Below are positions 58,160 to 64,000 of a stretch of 64,000 nucleotides of DNA, piece after piece. Source of the stretch: an uncultured delta proteobacterium (GTDB lineage Bacteria; Myxococcota_A; Polyangia; Polyangiales; Polyangiaceae); contig CAWDXG010000001.1 of the NCBI GenBank assembly GCA_963806225.1, positions 1,952,001 to 2,016,000 on the forward strand, read 5' to 3'. The translations under genes and the position numbers were made by a program. Below the pieces are notes generated by a model that searched no databases, was not told the origin of the DNA, and saw nothing but the letters and a program-made list of their open reading frames with translations. Within the stretch, counting starts at the first letter, position 1. Each line of letters begins with the position of its first letter.

Positions 58160-60235
58160 ATGGCCGGTCTTTGCGTCGCCTCGGGTCACCGGCTCGGTCC
58201 CTACGAGCTCGGCGAACGCCTCGGTGCTGGAGGCATGGCGGAAGTCTACGTCGCACGACGCGCCGGTCCGCACGGTTTCGCGAAGCGTTTCGCGATCAAG
58301 CGCATCCTGCCGCAGCTGTCGCGCGACTCGCGATTCGTGGCGATGTTCTGCGACGAGGCGCGCATCTGCGCTGCGCTTTCCCATCCGAACATCGTCCAGG
58401 TCGTCGATTTCGGGGAGCACGACGGCGAGCTGTTCATGGCGATGGAGTACGTGGACGGTATCTCCGGAGCCAGGCTGCTCCGCTCCGTCGCGTCGCGCGG
58501 CGAACGTTTCCCGCTCGGAGCTTCGCTGTTCATCGCGCACGAGATCCTGCGCGCGCTCGTCGTTCGCGCACGAGGCCCGCGACGAGGAGGGTCGCTCGTT
58601 CGGCATCGTGCACCGCGACGTCTCCCCCGGCAATATCCTGATCGGTCGCGCCGGAGAGGTGAAGCTCACCGACTTCGGCATCGTGCGCAGCGCGTTCGTC
58701 GACCGCCGCACCTATCCCGGCGAGCTCAAGGGCAAGATGGGCTACATGTCGCCCGAACAGGTGATTGGCGCGGAGGTGGATGCGCGCAGCGATCTGTTTG
58801 CGGTCGGCATCGTGCTGGCCGAGATGCTGCTCGCGCGCCCGCTCTTCCCGGGGCGCAACGAGCTGGACATCCTCACCCGCATCCACGAGGCCGACCTGCG
58901 CGTGCTCGAGCGCTACGGCGACGACCTGCCGCCGGATCTCGTCGCCGTGCTGCGCACCGCGCTCGCCCGCGATCGCATCCGCACGCTTCCAGTCGGCGCG
59001 CGATTTCGCCGATGCGCTCCGGGCGCGTGGCGCGCCGCGCAGGGCGTGGCGCTCACCGACGCCGATCTGGTTCCGTGGCTGTCGAGCCTGGGCGTCCTGC
59101 CGTCGCAGAGCGGCATGCACGAGGCCAGCACGCTCACGGGCGGCGCTGCGCCGGACCGGGCGCGGCGCAAGGCCGCGCGCATCGCCGCGGCCGCGCGCAA
59201 CGCCAGCGCCAGGCTCGCGGCCGTACACCCGCTCCACGAGCCCGCTCCGCGCAGCGACGCGCCCGCGGTCGAGTCGTCGCGCTACCACGTGCGCATGGGC
59301 GCCGGCGCGCTGCTCGGTCCGCTGTCGCTTGCCGCAGGTGCTCGAGCTCGTCGCCACCGGCCGCCTCGCCCCGGAGACGCTGGTCAGCGAGGACGGCGAC
59401 GGCTTCCGCCCCGCCCGGCAGATCGAAGCGCTCGCCTTCCTCACGTCGCGGCCCGCCTACCGCTTCAGCGTGCCGGACGCGGCGAGCGCCCGCTGGCATA
59501 GCCAGCTCGACCGCGCCCAGCTGCCCGCGCTGCTCTTCGATCTGGTGCTGCGTCGCGAGACCGGCGTACTGGTCGCGAAGAGCAGCCGCCGCCAGAAGCG
59601 CATCTACTTCGACGACGGCGCTGTGCGCTTCATCAGCTCGACGGATCGCGGCGAGCTGCTCGGGACGCGGCTGGTCCACGCCGGGTTGGCGTCGAAGGCG
59701 GAAGTGGAACGCGCGCTCGTCGAGTGTAGCGAGCGCGGCCAGGGTCACCTGGGCGAGGCTCTGGTCGATATCGGCGCGCTCAGGCCGATGTCGCTGCTCC
59801 GGGCGCTCGTCGAACAGGTCGAGGCGAGGTTCGACGATCTGCTTCGGTGGACCGAAGGCGAGCTGTGGTTCGTGCGCGGCGAGCAGGCGGGAGAGGATCG
59901 CATCCGCGCCCAGATGCCGTCGGCCGAGTTGCTCACCCGTGCCGTGCGCGCCGGCTACGGCGAGCGCGAGCTGCTCGCATTCCTCGGGCCCCGGCGCGCC
60001 GAGCCGATCGCGCGCGTTCCCGGCGCCCGCATCACGCCGGCGCGCCTCGCGCTGCCGATCGCGGAGCGGCGCGCGCTGGAGCTTGCCGGAGGCTCGCCTT
60101 CGCTGGAGGCGCTGGTGGCGCGTCTGGCTGCCGACAGACGTCGCGACGCCGGAGCAGGCGCTCAGGGCGGTCTTCGTCGGTCTCTCGGCAGGGCTCATCG
60201 CCATGCCCGGCTGGCGCGTCCGCTCGGCGCTCTAG
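58160..60235 (+). CDS. Ser/Thr protein kinase with a C-terminal DUF4388-like domain (several frameshifts)
   Basis: LGAGGMAEVY, AIKRILP, HPNIV; HRDVSPGN, DFG, KGKMGYMSPE; RETGVLV...KRIYFDDG...ELLGTRLV...WTEGE. Confidence 0.88.
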   Translation: MAGLCVASGHRLGPYELGERLGAGGMAEVYVARRAGPHGFAKRFAIKRILPQLSRDSRFVAMFCDEARICAALSHPNIVQVVDFGEHDGELFMAMEYVDGISGARLLRSVASRGERFPLGASLFIAHEILRALVVRARGPRRGGSLVRHRAPRRLPRQYPDRSRRRGEAHRLRHRAQRVRRPPHLSRRAQGQDGLHVARTGDWRGGGCAQRSVCGRHRAGRDAARAPALPGAQRAGHPHPHPRGRPARARALRRRPAAGSRRRAAHRARPRSHPHASSRRAISPMRSGRVARRAGRGAHRRRSGSVAVEPGRPAVAERHARGQHAHGRRCAGPGAAQGRAHRRGRAQRQRQARGRTPAPRARSAQRRARGRVVALPRAHGRRRAARSAVACRRCSSSSPPAASPRRRWSARTATASAPPGRSKRSPSSRRGPPTASACRTRRAPAGIASSTAPSCPRCSSIWCCVARPAYWSRRAAAARSASTSTTALCASSARRIAASCSGRGWSTPGWRRRRKWNARSSSVASAARVTWARLWSISARSGRCRCSGRSSNRSRRGSTICFGGPKASCGSCAASRRERIASAPRCRRPSCSPVPCAPATASASCSHSSGPGAPSRSRAFPAPASRRRASRCRSRSGARWSLPEARLRWRRWWRVWLPTDVATPEQALRAVFVGLSAGLIAMPGWRVRSAL

Positions 60236-60257
60236 CGCTCGGGAGCCGGCGCTCCGG

Positions 60258-62042
60258 CTACGAGCGCGACGAGGGCGGACCGGTGGGCCCGAGGCTCCGG
60301 CTGTCTGGCGGCCGATTGCTCAGCGTCCGCACGGAGTTCGGCGGGCTGGAATCGGCGCTGCCGGGTTCGAGGCTCTCGCGCAGATCGCCGATGCCGACGG
60401 GCTTGAACAGCGTGCGGCAGCCCGAGCGCTTGATGTAGTCGGCCTCGCTCTTGCTGAGTCCGCCGCCGGTGACGAAGACGAAGCGCCGGGCCAGCTCGGG
60501 CCGCGAGCTGGCGACGCGCGCGTGCAGCGCGTTGCCGTTCGCTCCCGGCAGGAACACGTCGCACAGCACTACGTCGGGCGTCCACTCCGGATCGAGCAGG
60601 GCGAACTCGGCTTCGGACGCTGTGGCTGCAGTGCGCACGTCGTGCGGGCGGAGAGCGCGGCGGATGGAGCGCGAGAACACCGGGTCGTCGTCGACCACCA
60701 GCACGCGTCGCGGAGCGACCGGCAGCGGCTCGGGCACTGGCTCCGGCTGCACGGGAGCGACGGGGTGCACGCCGCTGCTGTCGTCGGTGCGCGGCAGGAG
60801 CACGCGGAACGTCGCTCCGCCCTCGGGGCGGTTCTGCACCTCGATGTGGCCGCCGTGCGCCGACACCACGTCGCTGCAGATCTTCAGTCCGAGGCCGGTT
60901 CCCTTGCCGCGCTGCTTGGTGCGTGTAGAAGGGCTCGAAGATCATGCGCACTGCGTCGTCCGGCACGCCCGGCCCCGTGTCCTCGACCACGAGTACGACG
61001 TGATCGTCTTCGCTGCTGGGCGCGGACGCTGATCTGCGGGTGCTCGTCGCCCGTGTTCTCGCAGGCGTCGGCGGCGTTGAACACCAGGTTCAGCACGACC
61101 TGCCCCAGGTTGTCGCGGCGGCCGGTGGTGAAGCAGTCCGGGTCGAGCTGCTCGATGAGGGTGATGCCGCGGTGCTCGAGGTGCGGGCGTGCGACGGAGA
61201 GCGATTCGCGCACCACCGTGCCCAGGTCGAGCTCCTCCGGCTCGCTGTCGCGGCGGCTCAGAGTCGACAGCTGTTCGGTGGTGTCGCGCATGCGGGCTAC
61301 CGCGGCTTCGATGTCGTTGGTCAGCTCGTCGAGCTCGGCGACGGTGCCGCCGAGCGCGCTGTCGCTGGAGCCGCCCAGGACCGTCAGCTGTTCCAGAAGG
61401 CGCCGCTGCTCGTCGAGCTGCAGCACCAGCGCGCCCACCGGCCCGCGCAGCTCGTGCGCGACGCTCGCCGTGAGCAGGCCCAGACTGGCCATGCGCCCGG
61501 CTTCCTCGATCTCGTCGCGCTGGAGCCGCTCGCGTTCCAGCCTGCGATCGCGATCGAGAGCGAGCGCCAGCATGTGGGCAACCGTCTCGGCGAAGGTTGC
61601 CGCCTCGTCATCCAGCCCCGAGCGCTTGGCGAACAGCAGCAAGAGCGCGCCGAGCGGACTGCGACGGTGCTCGATGGGCACCGCCAGCACCGCCGTGTAG
61701 CCGATCGCACTGAGCTCGCCCGCGTCGGCGATCTGCGACTTTTCGCTGCGGACGTCCGCGAGCCACAGCGGGCGGCGTCCGGTCGCCGCGCGTTCCGCGA
61801 TCGAGCGCAGGAGCGCGCGGATCCGCGAGCGGTCGCCCACGGTAGCGCCGAAGCCCGCGCTCGGCGACCTGGTCGAGCGCGTCGTGGCCGGTCACGGCGA
61901 ATGCGGCGCCGGCCTCCGCCGCCGAGGCGTCCAGCAACAGGTCGAGCGCGTCGCCGAGCACACCGCCGCTCGACTCGCCGGCTAGGCGCGTCGCCAGGAT
62001 GAGCAGGGACTCGAGCCGTCGCAGGCGCAGCGTGCTGGACAT
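60258..62042 (-). CDS. Hybrid sensor histidine kinase (GAF-HisKA-HATPase-REC), frameshifted
   Basis: [32 protein letters not shown]...[14 protein letters not shown]...CDVFLP...FKP across frames. Confidence 0.88.
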
Positions 62043-62082
62043 GGGATGACGCGCCGCCTCGACCCACGGCGCATCTTCCACA

Positions 62083-62697
62083 CTATCTGGATTCTCGACT
62101 GGATGCTACGGGCGTGAGTTCCCGGCGCAGCACCGGATACGGCTTGAAATCGAACACCTCGCGGAAGCCGGCATCCGTCAACGTTCCGACCGGTCCGGTC
62201 CACATCTCGTGCGCCGACAGCGCGTCACCGCGGCGCGGGAACGCCTCGATCGCCCGCGCTCCCCAGCGCGGGGCGAGCTCCACCGCGGCGTCGACCAGCG
62301 CCCGCGCGACCCCGCGTCGTCTCCACGCCTCGTCCACGAGGAAACAGCCGATGGTGAACACGCCGCTGCGCTCGCCTTCGAAACAGGGGAGCCCACGATA
62401 TAGCCGCTGGGCGTAGAGTTTCTGCATGACGCTGGCCGGGGCGAGCTTCATCCAGCCCACGATCTGGCCGTCGCCGAGCGCGACAAGGCCGCGCGCTTCG
62501 TCCGAGCGCCCGGCGAGCCGCCCGGACAGCTCGCGGCGGCTCTCCGCGGATGCGTTCGCGCAGCGGTCCTCCCAGGCGTTCTTGTCGCCTTCGAAATGCC
62601 ACCAGCGGCAGAAACACGGCGAATCGTTGCGCTCGAACAGGGCCGAGAGCCCTGCAGCGTGCTCCGGGCCGGCCGCTTCGACCTCGACGCCGCTCAC
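62083..62697 (-). CDS. GNAT-family N-acetyltransferase
   Basis: [42 protein letters not shown] overlap with gatA. Confidence 0.85.
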   Translation of the reverse strand: MSGVEVEAAGPEHAAGLSALFERNDSPCFCRWWHFEGDKNAWEDRCANASAESRRELSGRLAGRSDEARGLVALGDGQIVGWMKLAPASVMQKLYAQRLYRGLPCFEGERSGVFTIGCFLVDEAWRRRGVARALVDAAVELAPRWGARAIEAFPRRGDALSAHEMWTGPVGTLTDAGFREVFDFKPYPVLRRELTPVASSRESR

Positions 62698-64000
62698 CGT
62701 GCGGGCCTCCGGGGCGGACACAGCGCCTCGTGCGCCGAAGCCAGCGTGAACAGCCGTTCCTCGGCGAAGGCAGGAGCCAGGAGCTGCAGCCCCGTGGGCA
62801 GCTCGGGGCGGTCGGCCTTCGCCGGCACCGGGCGGCACGGCACGCTCAGGCCCGCGATGCCCGCCAGGCTCGCAGGCAGCGTGTACACGTCCGCCAGGTA
62901 CATCGCCAGGGGGTCCTCGACGCGCTCGCCGAGCTTGAACGCCGGCACGGGGCTGGTGGGTGCTGCCAGCACGTCCACTGCCTCGAACGCGCGGTCGAAG
63001 TCCTGCTTGACCAGCGTGCGCGCGCGCTGCGCCTTCAGGTAGTACGCGTCGTAATAGCCGGCGCTCAGCACGTAGGTGCCGAGCAGGATGCGGCGCTTGA
63101 CCTCGGCGCCGAAGCCGGCGTCGCGCGTGGCGCCGTACATCGCGGAGAGATCGCCTGCCGGCGGCTCGACGCGCAGCCCGAACCGCACCCCGTCGAAGCG
63201 TGCCAGGTTGCTCGAGGCTTCCGCCGTCGCGACGATGTAGTACGTCGCCACGCCATAGCGCGTGTGCGGCATCTTCACGGGGTGGATTTCGCAGCCCTCG
63301 CGCTCGAGCGCGGCGATCGCATCGCGCACGCTCCGTTCCACGTCCGGGTCGAGTCCCTCGCCGAAGTACTCCTCCGGCACGCCGATGCGCAGGCCCTTGA
63401 TTTCGCGGCCGCAGGCGGCCTCGTAGTCGCCGACCGCGGCGGTCGCGCAGGTGGAGTCGTGCGGATCGCCGCCCGCGATCGCGCCGAGCAGGCGCGCCGC
63501 GCTCTTCGTGTCCCGCGCGATGGGTCCGACCTGGTCGAGGCTGGACGCGAAGGCGACCAGGCCGTAGCGCGACACGCGGCCGTAGCTCGGCTTGACGCCG
63601 ACCACGCCCGTGAGCGCCGCCGGCTGGCGTATCGAGCCGCCCGTGTCGCTGCCCAGCGCGCCGGGGGTCATGCCCGCGGCAACCGCCACGGCGCTTCCGC
63701 CGCTCGAGCCGCCCGGAATGCGCTCCGGATCCCAGGGATTCCTCGCGGGGCCGAAGGCGCTGTTCTCGTTCGACGAGCCCATCGCGAACTCGTCCATGTT
63801 CGTCTTGCCGACCATCAGTGCGCCGGCCGCCCTGAGCCGCTCCACCACCGTCGCGTCGTAGGGCGGCTGCCAGCCGCGCCCGTCGCGGCGCGCCAGGATG
63901 CGTGAGCCTGCCGTGGTGGGCGCGTCGCGCGTGCACAGGGCGTCCTTCACCGCGATCGGCACGCCGCCCAGGGGACCGAGCGGCACGCCGCGGCGCCGTC
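62694..64000 (-). CDS. gatA: Glutamyl-tRNA(Gln) amidotransferase subunit A (5' end outside the window)
   Basis: [64 protein letters not shown]. Confidence 0.97.
   Translation of the reverse strand, partial: RRRGVPLGPLGGVPIAVKDALCTRDAPTTAGSRILARRDGRGWQPPYDATVVERLRAAGALMVGKTNMDEFAMGSSNENSAFGPARNPWDPERIPGGSSGGSAVAVAAGMTPGALGSDTGGSIRQPAALTGVVGVKPSYGRVSRYGLVAFASSLDQVGPIARDTKSAARLLGAIAGGDPHDSTCATAAVGDYEAACGREIKGLRIGVPEEYFGEGLDPDVERSVRDAIAALEREGCEIHPVKMPHTRYGVATYYIVATAEASSNLARFDGVRFGLRVEPPAGDLSAMYGATRDAGFGAEVKRRILLGTYVLSAGYYDAYYLKAQRARTLVKQDFDRAFEAVDVLAAPTSPVPAFKLGERVEDPLAMYLADVYTLPASLAGIAGLSVPCRPVPAKADRPELPTGLQLLAPAFAEERLFTLASAHEALCPPRRPAR

Overview
A GC-rich, gene-dense chromosomal window. Its gene set points to a myxobacterium, probably Polyangiales/Sorangiineae: a GltJ/AgmX-like zinc-ribbon/GYF_2 protein, a bactofilin, a Ser/Thr kinase, a stand-alone PilZ protein and many lipoproteins. 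Most genes are housekeeping: gpsA plus a G3P acyltransferase, gltB-gltD, map, rpsP-khpA-rimM-trmD, rpmB, xerD, trpG-trpD-trpC, truB and gatA, along with signalling and envelope genes. About ten genes carry small frameshifts, which most likely reflect long-read indel errors. I see no rRNA, tRNA, CRISPR array or transposase. The standout element is a non-coding array of nine near-identical 73-bp units (46162-46817) between the trpC stop and the xerD start. Each unit contains the palindrome ATAACCGGTTAT. Its arms resemble the XerC/XerD arms of dif but are separated by only 4 bp, and the period is about 7 helical turns. This makes it a candidate Xer-binding array (autoregulatory or structural) rather than a recombination site. 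Other notable items are a catalytically degenerate Fic protein with a histone-like basic tail and a long E/R/K helix, and a tandem pair of HTTM/DCC membrane proteins of which only one keeps the CxxC.
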